DNA of 25,335 bases from Myxococcota bacterium (lineage in GTDB: Bacteria > Myxococcota > XYA12-FULL-58-9 > JALHOP01), in contig JBGGMJ010000151.1 of NCBI GenBank assembly GCA_041288095.1, positions 1-25,335 on the forward strand. Direction: 5' to 3'. Under the pieces are notes generated by a model, which saw nothing but the letters and a program-made list of their open reading frames with translations, searched no databases and had not been told where the DNA came from. The first letter of the stretch is position 1. Each line of letters opens with the position of its first letter. A program made the translations under genes and the position numbers. Below are positions 1 through 8,997 of the stretch, in pieces.

Positions 1-1
1 G

Positions 2-436
2 GGCGGCGAGCACGCGCACTACATCACCATGGAAACCGAGCTCAACACGGCGATCGCCACCAAGATCGGTGAGCTCGCGCTCACGGGCAGCGTCTCACGC
101 GTCACCGGCTTCGATGACCCCAATGACTACGTCTACGAAGACACTCTGCGCATCATCGTCGGCTCGAGCTTGGTTTGGCGCACGCGCGCCGCGTTCTCGT
201 TCTACCCCTTCTCGAACTACCACCAGTTCGCGATCGGCCCGGCCGTGGACGTCCTCGGGGTGCCGACGCGCGACGAGATCTTGGTGCGCGCCGGCCTCGT
301 GACCCGCATCGTCTTGAACAAATCGATCGAGGTGCGCGGCAGCTTCGTGCCGACGCTCGTCAGCCGCGACCGTTTGGGCCTCATCACCAGCGACTTCACG
401 GAGCTGGGGGTACGCTGGCGCTGGGCGAGCGAGTAG
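2..436 (+). CDS. Hypothetical protein, 5'-truncated, possibly the C-terminal part of an outer-membrane beta-barrel
   Basis: Frame is open from position 2 (GGEHAHYIT-M...). Amphipathic strand-like segments and an aromatic-rich end (FTELGVRWRWASE). The start probably lies upstream of the window. Confidence 0.5.
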   Translation, partial: GGEHAHYITMETELNTAIATKIGELALTGSVSRVTGFDDPNDYVYEDTLRIIVGSSLVWRTRAAFSFYPFSNYHQFAIGPAVDVLGVPTRDEILVRAGLVTRIVLNKSIEVRGSFVPTLVSRDRLGLITSDFTELGVRWRWASE

Positions 437-1007
437 ACGCTAAAACGGAGGCCGCTTCCGACAGGCTCGCCGCCATCGCATCGGCGAGCTCGGCGGTGAT
501 GCGGGAGAGCGCCTCTGACGTGCTCGCGCCGCTGCCGTCGACGACGGCGCTGTAGCTCGCCTGTCGTCGCTCGATGGCCCGCGGCAGGTCGCTGGCCATC
601 AAGCTCCAGCTCGCCTCGCACTCGAGCTTGCCGGAAACCTCACGGAGCGTCAGGACGTCGACGACCCAGGCGAGGCTCCCGCGTGGTCGCGGCGCGTCGG
701 GAAACACCACCACGCCCTGCGGTAAGCGCGTCACCAGGTTCTGTGCCAGCGTCTGACGCATCAAGAAATCGAGCTCGTCCGTCCAACGCTCCAGCGAGCT
801 GATGGTCACCTCGTGGTCGTTGCTCCCGTGCAAGATGCGGTGTCCCGCGACGCTCGGCGGCAAATGCACCGCCTCGAGACGGACGGGCGCTCCGGTGTAG
901 CTGGTCCGGTTCGACGCCGCTTTCGGCGCCAGCGTGTAGAAGCGCGTGGGCTCGCTGTGGCCACACGCCGTGGCCAACAAGGCGATGAGCAAGAGAGCGC
1001 GTCTCAT
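396..1007 (-). CDS. pqiC: PqiC-family outer-membrane lipoprotein (ABC-type transport auxiliary lipoprotein)
   Basis: Lipobox LATA-C, followed by PTRFYTL, ERWTDEL and ASW motifs. ATGA overlap with the pqiB stop. Confidence 0.85.
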   Translation of the reverse strand: MRRALLLIALLATACGHSEPTRFYTLAPKAASNRTSYTGAPVRLEAVHLPPSVAGHRILHGSNDHEVTISSLERWTDELDFLMRQTLAQNLVTRLPQGVVVFPDAPRPRGSLAWVVDVLTLREVSGKLECEASWSLMASDLPRAIERRQASYSAVVDGSGASTSEALSRITAELADAMAASLSEAASVLASTRSPSASVPPAP

Positions 1008-2575
1008 TGTTTGTCCTCACTCTTTCCGAAGAGCAGCGACTCCGGGTTGCGCTCGATCGAGTCCGCCAAAGCGCGCAACGACCGCGCTGCCTTGGTGAGC
1101 TGGCGCATGGCTTCGGGGAAGCTCGTCCCCTGCGCCGCGCCCTCGCCCGTCATGACGGCTCGCGCTTCGACGGCCGTCCCCTGCACCGCCGTGGCGCTCG
1201 CGCGCAGCTCGCGCAAGGTGGGCTCCAGCTGCGGCTCGATGGTGGCGAGCGCGCGGTTCAGGCGCGCCGCGGTGCCCTTGAGCTCGTCGCCGATGTCCTT
1301 GATGGGCACGCTGTCGATCTTGGCTAGGATCGAAGCGGCTGTCGACGTGAGGGTCGCGAGGTCGCCCGTCGTCGTGACCGGCAGCTTGGGATGAAGCGCG
1401 CCTTGCACGAGCGATGCGCGACTGTCGGTACGCACGAGCTCGAGGCTCGAGGCTCCAACCAGCGGTGGTGACTGAGTGACGCGCAAGCGATAGCCCCGTT
1501 CGAGGAGCTTCCGCATGAAAGCGTCCATCGCGACCCGGTCCTTCTCGTCGAAGCCGAGTCGCCGTGGGTGCAACGCCACGGTCATCGGCGTGCTCACGGC
1601 GCCGGTCTCGGCGTCGGCGTGCAGGGTGCTGGAGCGGACACGGCCGATACGAAATCCGAGCAAGGTCACCGGGGCTCCCGCGACCGCGCCCGAGCCGCTG
1701 TCGAAGGTAGCTTCGTAGAGCACGTCGGGACCGTCGTTGCCGTCGCGGGCACTGCTCTCGTCGGCGAACAGACGGAAGCCCGCGCCATCGGGCGCGGGGG
1801 GCAGCTCGAACGCGCGCGGTGGCGTGTCGAAGGCAATGCCGCCCGCGAGGAGGTCACTGGCCGCCGGCAAGTTGGTCGTCACGCCCTCCGCTGACAACGA
1901 CAACTGAACGCCGCCGCTGATCCAGAAGTAGCTCTCTTCGCGCAATGCCTGGGCGAATGGCTCGATGACGAAGGCGTCGATCTCGAACCCGTTCGGCGCG
2001 ACGAAGCGCACCTCGGTGACATTGCCGGCGTCGTCGCCGTGATAGGCGACCCGCGCGCCCGGTTTGAGCGAGCCGCGCTGCTCGGTGCGCAAGACGATGC
2101 GTTTGCCGGGCGTTCCAGGATAGATGACGGGCGCGCGGTCGAGTCCGCTGAAGCGGGTGGCACGCTCGCCTGGCCCCGGCGCCATCTCGATGGACAAACC
2201 CGTCACGGCGGCTGTCAGCGACGAGAGATCCGATAGCGACGGGTTCGCGCCCACCAGCCAGAACTGCGTGCCGGTGGTGAGCAGCGGCGAGACGCTGCGC
2301 GACATCAGCAGCGTCATCTCGACGTGCTCGTGGTCGTCAGCGAGCTCGATCTTGGTGACGCGGCCGACGGTGAGTCCCTTGTAGTTGACCTCGGTGTCGC
2401 GCACCTTGGCGCCGGCCGCGTCGTCGAACGTGACCACCACCTCGACGCCACGCTCGAGGACGGCATTGATTGCGAGGTAGCCGACGACGATCAGCGCCGC
2501 GGCCGGTACCGCCCAGACCACGCCGGGCAGCCTGCGCTTGATGCGTCGCGCCTCGGGGATGAGCTCAGCCATCAT
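1004..2575 (-). CDS. pqiB: PqiB-family MCE-domain intermembrane lipid transport protein (about 3 MCE domains)
   Basis: N-terminal TM (VWAVPAAALIVVG), MCE repeats (YKGLTVGRV..TQFWLV; YHGDDAGNV..FWI; LLGFRIGRV), helical C-terminus ending NPESLLFGK. Confidence 0.9.
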   Translation of the reverse strand: MMAELIPEARRIKRRLPGVVWAVPAAALIVVGYLAINAVLERGVEVVVTFDDAAGAKVRDTEVNYKGLTVGRVTKIELADDHEHVEMTLLMSRSVSPLLTTGTQFWLVGANPSLSDLSSLTAAVTGLSIEMAPGPGERATRFSGLDRAPVIYPGTPGKRIVLRTEQRGSLKPGARVAYHGDDAGNVTEVRFVAPNGFEIDAFVIEPFAQALREESYFWISGGVQLSLSAEGVTTNLPAASDLLAGGIAFDTPPRAFELPPAPDGAGFRLFADESSARDGNDGPDVLYEATFDSGSGAVAGAPVTLLGFRIGRVRSSTLHADAETGAVSTPMTVALHPRRLGFDEKDRVAMDAFMRKLLERGYRLRVTQSPPLVGASSLELVRTDSRASLVQGALHPKLPVTTTGDLATLTSTAASILAKIDSVPIKDIGDELKGTAARLNRALATIEPQLEPTLRELRASATAVQGTAVEARAVMTGEGAAQGTSFPEAMRQLTKAARSLRALADSIERNPESLLFGKSEDKQ

Positions 2576-3770
2576 CGCCGCGCTCCCGGGCTACGTCCCA
2601 CATGAGACGCGGGTCGAAGACGCGCGCCGCTATGACGGTCAAGAGCACGACGGCGGTGAAAGCGGGCGCCGCGGCCTCGGCCCGACTCGACATCGCGGCG
2701 TTGTATTGCGTGACCGGCACGAAGCACGCGAGGACCAACGGGTCGACCATTGACCAGCGACCGATGGCATCGACCACGTGGTAAAGCTTCGTTTTCAGGC
2801 GTAGGCGGCGTCGCGAGCGTCGCACCACCGACGAGATGCACCAACCGAGGCTTGCGAGCTTCAAGAACGGAATGGCGAAGCTCGCGACGAACACCAGGAG
2901 CGCGAGGCCGATCATGCGCACCTCGATGAGATCGATGACGCCGCCCATGACGGTGTACGAGACCTGGCTGAACTTGATGGGCAAGGTCGCCATCGGGAGG
3001 ATGTTCGCGGGGATGTAGAGGATGACGCTCGCGATGACCAAGGCGGTCGCGCGACTGACCGATTGCGGCCGCCGCAGGCGCAGCCGCGCGCTGCACCGCG
3101 GACAATCACTGCCCAGGAGCCGCGTCTGCTCGACCCGGCTACACACCATACAGGCCACGGCCGGCGGCTCCACGTGCTCGCTGTCGGGCATGATGGCGCG
3201 CCAGACGGTCGCCTTGTCGAGCGCCGCGGTGAGAATGAGACTGATGAAGCCGACGACGACGAAACAAACCCCACCCGCGCCGAGCGTCGTCGACACCGTG
3301 GCGTCGAGCCGCTCGTAGGCCACCCAGAGCGCGACGAGCAGCACGTCGGTCATGGCCCAGACCTCGAACCAGGTGGCATAGCGGAAGGCGCGTCCGAGCC
3401 ATGGACGCCGGCGGTTGTAGAGCACCGACCCGAGAACGGCGCTGAGCAAGGTGAACCGCGCAAAGGGCGCGACGATGACCACGAACCCGATGACGGCGGC
3501 GAGGGTTGGCCAGCCATCGTTCGTCATCGCGGACACGCACGATGCGATGACGCTGGTTCGCTTGGCCTGCAACACCGAGGTCGAAAGGAAGGGCAGGAAG
3601 TTGGCGGGGAAGAACAAGAGCAGGCCGGCGACGCTGCAACCGAACGCAAGCGTCATGCTACGTCCGGAGCTCCGCCAGAGCTCGGATCCGCACGCGACAC
3701 ACTCGACGACATTGGCGTCGTCGCCACGCTCCACGCTTTGAAGCGTGCCGCAGCTCCCACATTCCATCAT
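2565..3770 (-). CDS. pqiA: PqiA paraquat-inducible inner-membrane protein (two PqiA domains)
   Basis: Four CxxC pairs, two repeats of PANxLP, WAMTDV and IGRWSMVD, and FDPRLMWD at the end. Start placed at ATG 3770 after a G-rich RBS-like tract. Confidence 0.9.
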   Translation of the reverse strand: MMECGSCGTLQSVERGDDANVVECVACGSELWRSSGRSMTLAFGCSVAGLLLFFPANFLPFLSTSVLQAKRTSVIASCVSAMTNDGWPTLAAVIGFVVIVAPFARFTLLSAVLGSVLYNRRRPWLGRAFRYATWFEVWAMTDVLLVALWVAYERLDATVSTTLGAGGVCFVVVGFISLILTAALDKATVWRAIMPDSEHVEPPAVACMVCSRVEQTRLLGSDCPRCSARLRLRRPQSVSRATALVIASVILYIPANILPMATLPIKFSQVSYTVMGGVIDLIEVRMIGLALLVFVASFAIPFLKLASLGWCISSVVRRSRRRLRLKTKLYHVVDAIGRWSMVDPLVLACFVPVTQYNAAMSSRAEAAAPAFTAVVLLTVIAARVFDPRLMWDVARERGDDG

Positions 3771-3826
3771 ATTGGCGTCCGCCCCCCTGCTTTCGCCGTG
3801 AATTAAGGTAGGTAGTGCGAAGCCCA

Positions 3827-4561
3827 ATGCGCAACATCACCCCCTTCCTTCTGGTTTTTCTCGCCGCTTGCGCGCGCCCCCCCCTGAAAGTGGGCACCAC
3901 CGGTGATTACCGGCCATTCAGCCTCTGGCAGGGGTCTCAACCCGAAGGTGCCGACATCGCCATGGCCAAGGCCTACGCCAAGGCGCAGGGCCGAGAGGTC
4001 GTCTTCGTGCGCACCAAATGGACGACCCTCCTCGAGGACCTACACGCTGGTTGGTTCGATCTCGCCATGTCGGGCATCACCATCACCGAGCAGCGCGAGC
4101 GCGAAGCGGCGTTCAGCAGACCCTATTTTCAGGGCTACAAAGTGGCGGTCGTCCGCTGCGGCGACACTCAGCGCTTCGCCAGTTTGGCCGACGTCGATCA
4201 GAAAGGCGTGCGCGTCATCTACAACAACGGCGGCACCAACGAAGCCTTCGCGCGGCGCACCATCAAGACGGCTTCGCTCGAGAGCGAAGCCGACAATCTG
4301 CGTGTCTTCGCGAGGCTCGTCGATGGCGACGTCGACGTCTTCTTCACGGACAACATCGAAGCGACGGTGACGACCGGCGACAAGCACAAGGGCGTGCTCT
4401 GCACCGCTTTGGCGCACGAGAAGCTCGCGCCATTCGTCATCGCGGTCCTCGGCCGGCGTGGCAGCAAGGAGCTCGAACGCTTCGACGCCTGGCTCGCCGA
4501 CCCGGCCAATCAGAGCGCGATCGAAACCGTCTTGGTGGTCACGAACTCGAGCAAGCCGTAG
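3827..4561 (+). CDS. Family-3 solute-binding lipoprotein, cyclohexadienyl dehydratase (PheC)-like
   Basis: Lipobox LAA-C; LKVGTTGDYRPFS, DLAMSGITIT, NNGGTNE and TDNIEA motifs typical of the PheC clade. Confidence 0.75.
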   Translation: MRNITPFLLVFLAACARPPLKVGTTGDYRPFSLWQGSQPEGADIAMAKAYAKAQGREVVFVRTKWTTLLEDLHAGWFDLAMSGITITEQREREAAFSRPYFQGYKVAVVRCGDTQRFASLADVDQKGVRVIYNNGGTNEAFARRTIKTASLESEADNLRVFARLVDGDVDVFFTDNIEATVTTGDKHKGVLCTALAHEKLAPFVIAVLGRRGSKELERFDAWLADPANQSAIETVLVVTNSSKP

Positions 4562-5898
4562 CGGGATACCTCGCGGCCGTAGCCGCTCTCTTTGACGCCG
4601 CTGAACGGTAGGCGCGGGTCCGATTTGACGTTGTGGTTCACGAAGGCGAGTCCTGCCTCGAGCTCACGTGCCGCGATGGCTTCGCCGCGCGCCAAGTCAC
4701 GGGTGAGCACAGCGGCACCCAGACCGAAACGCGAATCGTTGGCGATGCGGACCGCGTCGTCATCGTCGCGCGCCGTGATGATGGCCGCCACCGGTCCGAA
4801 GATCTCTTCGTCGTATGCCGGCTGTCCGGGCCGCACATCCGCTAGAACGGTCGCGGGATACCAAGCGCCGCGCTTGCGCGGGATCTCGCCGCCCAAGAGG
4901 AGCTTCGCGCCCTTTTCGATGCTCTCGGTGACCTGTTTGTGCACACCATCGCGCGCGCGCATGTTCACCAATGGACCCAGCTTGGTATCGGGCTCACTCG
5001 GATCGCCCGCCACCCACTCGCCCATCGCTTCGACCATGGCCTTGGTGAAGCGCTCGCGGATTGGCTCGCTGACCACGAAGCGCTTGCCGGCGATGCAGCT
5101 CTGGCCGCCGTTCACCATGCGCGCCGTGGCGCAGACCTTGGCGGCATGCACCGGATCCGCGTCCGCCAAAACGACGTAGGCATCGCTACCACCGAGCTCG
5201 AGGACACACTTCTTCAACACGGTGGCCGCGGCGGCGGCGACGGCCTTGCCCGCATTGACGCTGCCGGTGAGCGATACGGCCGCGATGTCCGGGTTGGTGA
5301 TCAGCGCTGAGACCTGCGGCACGTCGACGAGCAGCGTCTTGAAGACGTTCTCGGGAAAGCCGGCATCCTTGAAGATCGACTCGATGGCGAGCGCGCAGCC
5401 GGGGACGTTGTCGGCGTGTTTCATCACCACGCAGTTGCCGGCCATCATCGCGGGCGCGGCGCAGCGAAAGAGCTGCCAGAACGGAAAGTTCCAGGGCATG
5501 AGCGCGAGAATCACACCAACGGGCTGGAAGCTGACGAAGGCGCGCACCTTCGGGTCGCCCAGGTCCACGGGCTCGTCCGCCAGCATCGCCGCGGCGTTGT
5601 CCGCGAAGTAGGTGCAAACGAAGGCGCATTTGAGCACCTCGGCACGGCCGTCGCTGAAGGGTTTGCCCATCTCGCGGGTCATCAAGCGGGCGAGCTGGTC
5701 GGTGCGCTCGGTGAGGAACTTAGCGGCGCGACGCATGAGCTTCGCCCGCTTTTCGAGGTCGGTGCGGCGCCAAGCGGGAAACGCGTGGCGCACCTCGGAG
5801 ATCGCCGCGGCCGCCTCCTCGTCGGTCAGCCCGTCGTACTTGGCGAGCGGCAAATCGGTCGTCGGATCGATGACGGTGAAGGCACCGGGTCGGCTCAT
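4510..5898 (-). CDS. NAD(P)-dependent succinate-semialdehyde dehydrogenase-family aldehyde dehydrogenase
   Basis: EMGKP, MPWNFP, TGS, LELGGSD, GQSC (catalytic Cys), EEIFGP and GVKESGYGRE. Start placed at ATG 5898. Confidence 0.9.
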   Translation of the reverse strand: MSRPGAFTVIDPTTDLPLAKYDGLTDEEAAAAISEVRHAFPAWRRTDLEKRAKLMRRAAKFLTERTDQLARLMTREMGKPFSDGRAEVLKCAFVCTYFADNAAAMLADEPVDLGDPKVRAFVSFQPVGVILALMPWNFPFWQLFRCAAPAMMAGNCVVMKHADNVPGCALAIESIFKDAGFPENVFKTLLVDVPQVSALITNPDIAAVSLTGSVNAGKAVAAAAATVLKKCVLELGGSDAYVVLADADPVHAAKVCATARMVNGGQSCIAGKRFVVSEPIRERFTKAMVEAMGEWVAGDPSEPDTKLGPLVNMRARDGVHKQVTESIEKGAKLLLGGEIPRKRGAWYPATVLADVRPGQPAYDEEIFGPVAAIITARDDDDAVRIANDSRFGLGAAVLTRDLARGEAIAARELEAGLAFVNHNVKSDPRLPFSGVKESGYGREVSRYGLLEFVTTKTVSIAL

Positions 5899-5914
5899 AG
5901 AGCCCAAGGGTAAC

Positions 5915-6460
5915 CTAATCGAGGGCGATAGCAACACCCACGCTGAAGCGGTATTGGCGATATCCGAACGGTACGCCGCTGATCTGCGGCAAGGGTATCG
6001 CAACCCGCATCGACTCGATCAGGACGCTGACCCGCTCGCTCACACGCACCTCGGCGCACAGCGGGGTCAGGCCGAAGTATGGACCGACCGAGCCCTTGGG
6101 CACGCCGTAGAGATCGAAGAGCAGCCACGAGGCGCCCAGATAGCCAATGGTCGTCAGCGAGACGCGGCTGGACTTGAGCCAGCGGTAATCGATGGTCGCG
6201 AAGAAGTTGGCGCTACCCCTGCGCAGCTTCAGCCGCGTCACCGACCCATAGGGGTTGTATTCGCCGCCGAAACCCGCGTGCCAGTCCTTGGCGAAGCGAA
6301 AGCGCATCCCGAGCCCACCGGCGAGCGCCGCCTTGTCGAACGAGCCACCGAGCGTCGCAGTGAGGTCGACGTCTTTGTCCTCGAGCTGCGCATGCGCGAC
6401 GCGCGGTACCCCGAGGAACAACCCTAGGGCGACGACGAGCGCTTTACCGAATGATCCCAT
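5915..6460 (-). CDS. Secreted small outer-membrane beta-barrel-like protein
   Basis: GGGGG RBS before ATG 6460, signal peptide ending AHA, alternating G/aromatic strands, terminal YRFSVGVAIALD. Confidence 0.6.
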   Translation of the reverse strand: MGSFGKALVVALGLFLGVPRVAHAQLEDKDVDLTATLGGSFDKAALAGGLGMRFRFAKDWHAGFGGEYNPYGSVTRLKLRRGSANFFATIDYRWLKSSRVSLTTIGYLGASWLLFDLYGVPKGSVGPYFGLTPLCAEVRVSERVSVLIESMRVAIPLPQISGVPFGYRQYRFSVGVAIALD

Positions 6461-7452
6461 TTTTTCCCCCGCCTGATTCCAAGAAATCCGAGCGCGGACA
6501 GGAGCAGCCATGGGCTCAACCCCGCCGCCGCGCAGGTAGTCGCTGCGGCATAACGGCTGTCCGCTGTAGCACACCAGCCGTTGTCGAAGGTGCAGCTCTC
6601 GTCGGTCTGCGTGGCGCGCTCGAAAGCAGCGCTCGCGTTGTCGACGCGGGCAGCGGGGTCACCTTCGAGCATGGCGAGCAGCAGCTCGACCGAGGCGTTG
6701 GTCGCGCGCTCGAGGCGGAGCTGGCGCCGCGCGTCGATGTTGACGCACTCGTCGAGCTCGCTGCGGTGCTCCGGCCCATCGCGCTCTTCGCTGGCGATCT
6801 CTTCGACGTAGTCGACCCAGTTGAGCACCGTGGTGATACGCTCGGCGCCTTCGTCGCGGAAGGTGTGGCTGAAGCCGTCCTGGAGCGCGTGCAGCGCTTG
6901 GCCCATGTTCAGGTAGAAGCGGATGAGCGCGAGGTCGACCTTGCTGCGCAGGGGCAGGCTCTGCTCGACGACGGCGAGCTCGTCGGCGTTGACGCTGCCG
7001 TCTTCGAACAAGCCGGCCGCCGCGCTTTCGAGCGATGCGCGAGCGCTGACCTGGCAAGCGAGCACCGAGCTGCTCGAGCCATTAGGCTCGTCGTCACCGG
7101 GGCCGCGCAGGCAGTGGTCGTCTTGTCGGCTGGGATCGCCGTGGATCAAGGCGAGCGAGGTGATGTCGACGCTGGCGTTCTCCCGAATGTCGGGACGGCG
7201 GACACCCAACAGGATGGCGGCCGACGCGACGTCTTGCATGTCACCCGGAAGATGAAACGGCATGTCGTCGAGCAGCGCTTGCTCGTCGTCATTGCGCGCC
7301 GGGATGGGCTCGGCGAGCCCCAGGCTTCGCACATGACGCAGCGCCTCTTCGGTGATGCGCTCGTGGCAACCGTTACTGACCGGACTTTCGATCGTGTAGG
7401 CGTGGGCGACGCCCGAAGAGAGCAGCACGAGCCCGAGAAGCCATAGCCGCAT
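6424..7452 (-). CDS. Secreted Zn-dependent phospholipase C/P1-nuclease/Het-C-like protein with a C-terminal MYXO-CTERM-like anchor
   Basis: Signal peptide ending AHA, then CHERIT, DHCLR, GQALHALQDGFSH and EHRSELD. Tail TTCAAAGLSPWLLLSALGFLGIRRGKK (Cys, hydrophobic helix, basic residues). Confidence 0.6.
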   Translation of the reverse strand: MRLWLLGLVLLSSGVAHAYTIESPVSNGCHERITEEALRHVRSLGLAEPIPARNDDEQALLDDMPFHLPGDMQDVASAAILLGVRRPDIRENASVDITSLALIHGDPSRQDDHCLRGPGDDEPNGSSSSVLACQVSARASLESAAAGLFEDGSVNADELAVVEQSLPLRSKVDLALIRFYLNMGQALHALQDGFSHTFRDEGAERITTVLNWVDYVEEIASEERDGPEHRSELDECVNIDARRQLRLERATNASVELLLAMLEGDPAARVDNASAAFERATQTDESCTFDNGWCATADSRYAAATTCAAAGLSPWLLLSALGFLGIRRGKKWDHSVKRSSSP

Positions 7453-7554
7453 GCTTCAACAACTTAGGGCGCTTTGGTGACCTGTCCACATGGCACGGCT
7501 GAATATTCCGCGATTGTGTTACCGTGGACGCGGGGTGAGGTGTCGGGAACGGTC

Positions 7555-8994
7555 GTGGTTCACTGGCGATATTCTGCTCTCTTCTTGCTGGTCTTCGGCG
7601 TCGGGTGCGACGGCGCGGTCGAAGGGCCGAACCTCGACGACGAGCAGACCGACGAGCAGACCGATCAAGACACCATCGACCTCACCGACCAGGACCAGCA
7701 GGCGACGGACACCGACACCAACGGCGGCGACACCTTGTTATCTGGTGATGGCGGCGATGGCGGTGACAGCAACGGTGGGGATGGTGGTGGCGACAGCATG
7801 GGTGGCGGCGATGACGAGCCTCCTACCGACGACGATCCTCCCCCGCCGACCCCCGTCGCGACGACCTTGATTGCGATCAGCGACACCACTCAGTCTGCTT
7901 TAGCGGGCACTGCTGTCGGCGCCGATCCCGAGGTCGAGGTCCGCGATCAGCTCGCCGCCCCGATGGCCGGGGTCACCGTGCACTTCGAGGTCGTGGCCGG
8001 GGGCGGCACCATAGCGCCAACGACGAACGTGACGACGGATGCGCAGGGTCGGGCGAAGCTCGCCTCCTGGACGCTCGGCAAGAGCGCGGTAGCCAACGCG
8101 GTGCGGGCGTCGCTGCCCGATCACGCAGGGCTGGGAAACGAGCAGTTCGACGCCACGGTCGAAGGTGACTTCAAGATCGAGCTCATTTATCTGAGCGCCG
8201 TCAGCGACACGCAGCGCGCTGCCTTCGAAAACGCCGCGGCTCGATGGCAAGCGGTGATCGTCAACGAGCTACAAGACGTGCTCTTCACGCGAGACGAGCT
8301 CGATCCGGCGTGCGGCCATACCAGCGACACGACCGAGATCATCCTGGACGACTTGCTCATCTTCGCCGGGGTCGTCGATATCCCGGATCCCGGACCAGGC
8401 AACACCTTGGCGCAAGCGGGCCCCTGCTATCAGCGTGGGGATGGGTCGACGATCATCGGCATCATGGCGTTCGATATCGAGGACATCGCTTCGCTCGAGC
8501 AGGGCGGACTGTTCGAAGCAACGGTGCTCCACGAGATGGGTCACGTCATTGGGATCGGCACCTATTGGACGGACCCACCAGGTCTGGATTTGATCGACAA
8601 CCCATCGGTGCCCTCGAGCCCAGGAGTCGACACCATCTTCACCGGCGCATCCGCCGTAGCCGCCTATCGAACCCTGGAGCCCGGAATGCCCACTGGAGTA
8701 CCGGTCGACAACACCGCCATCGAAGGCTCCGCTGATGCTCACTGGCGGGAGTCGAAGTTCGGTATCGAGCTGATGAGTCCCAGCATCACGACCGGCCAGA
8801 CGGCGCTGCCCATGAGCGTCGTGACCATCGGCTCGCTCGATGATCTAGGGAGCTACGAGGTCAACATGGCGGCGGCCGATCCATTCAGCTTCGATCCGGG
8901 CCTGCGCTTGGAAGCTCCCAGCGGCCCGCCCATCGAGGACTGGTGTGTGCCGCTACGGCCCTTGCCACCGGTGCCGCTTTTCGTGATGCCGTAG
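7555..8994 (+). CDS. Leishmanolysin (M8)-like zinc metalloprotease lipoprotein with Ig-like domain
   Basis: Lipoprotein signal (LLVFGVG-C), D/G/P-rich linker, Big_1-like segment (VTTDAQGRA), AQAGP, HEMGHVIG, HWRES...ELMS (Met-turn) and TIGSLDDLG. GTG start at 7555 is inferred. Confidence 0.8.
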   Translation: MVHWRYSALFLLVFGVGCDGAVEGPNLDDEQTDEQTDQDTIDLTDQDQQATDTDTNGGDTLLSGDGGDGGDSNGGDGGGDSMGGGDDEPPTDDDPPPPTPVATTLIAISDTTQSALAGTAVGADPEVEVRDQLAAPMAGVTVHFEVVAGGGTIAPTTNVTTDAQGRAKLASWTLGKSAVANAVRASLPDHAGLGNEQFDATVEGDFKIELIYLSAVSDTQRAAFENAAARWQAVIVNELQDVLFTRDELDPACGHTSDTTEIILDDLLIFAGVVDIPDPGPGNTLAQAGPCYQRGDGSTIIGIMAFDIEDIASLEQGGLFEATVLHEMGHVIGIGTYWTDPPGLDLIDNPSVPSSPGVDTIFTGASAVAAYRTLEPGMPTGVPVDNTAIEGSADAHWRESKFGIELMSPSITTGQTALPMSVVTIGSLDDLGSYEVNMAAADPFSFDPGLRLEAPSGPPIEDWCVPLRPLPPVPLFVMP

Positions 8995-8997
8995 CCC

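Noticed and set aside
7491..7506. TGGCACG resembling a sigma54 -24 box upstream of the protease
   Set aside because: No GC at -12 (tggcacggctgaatat).
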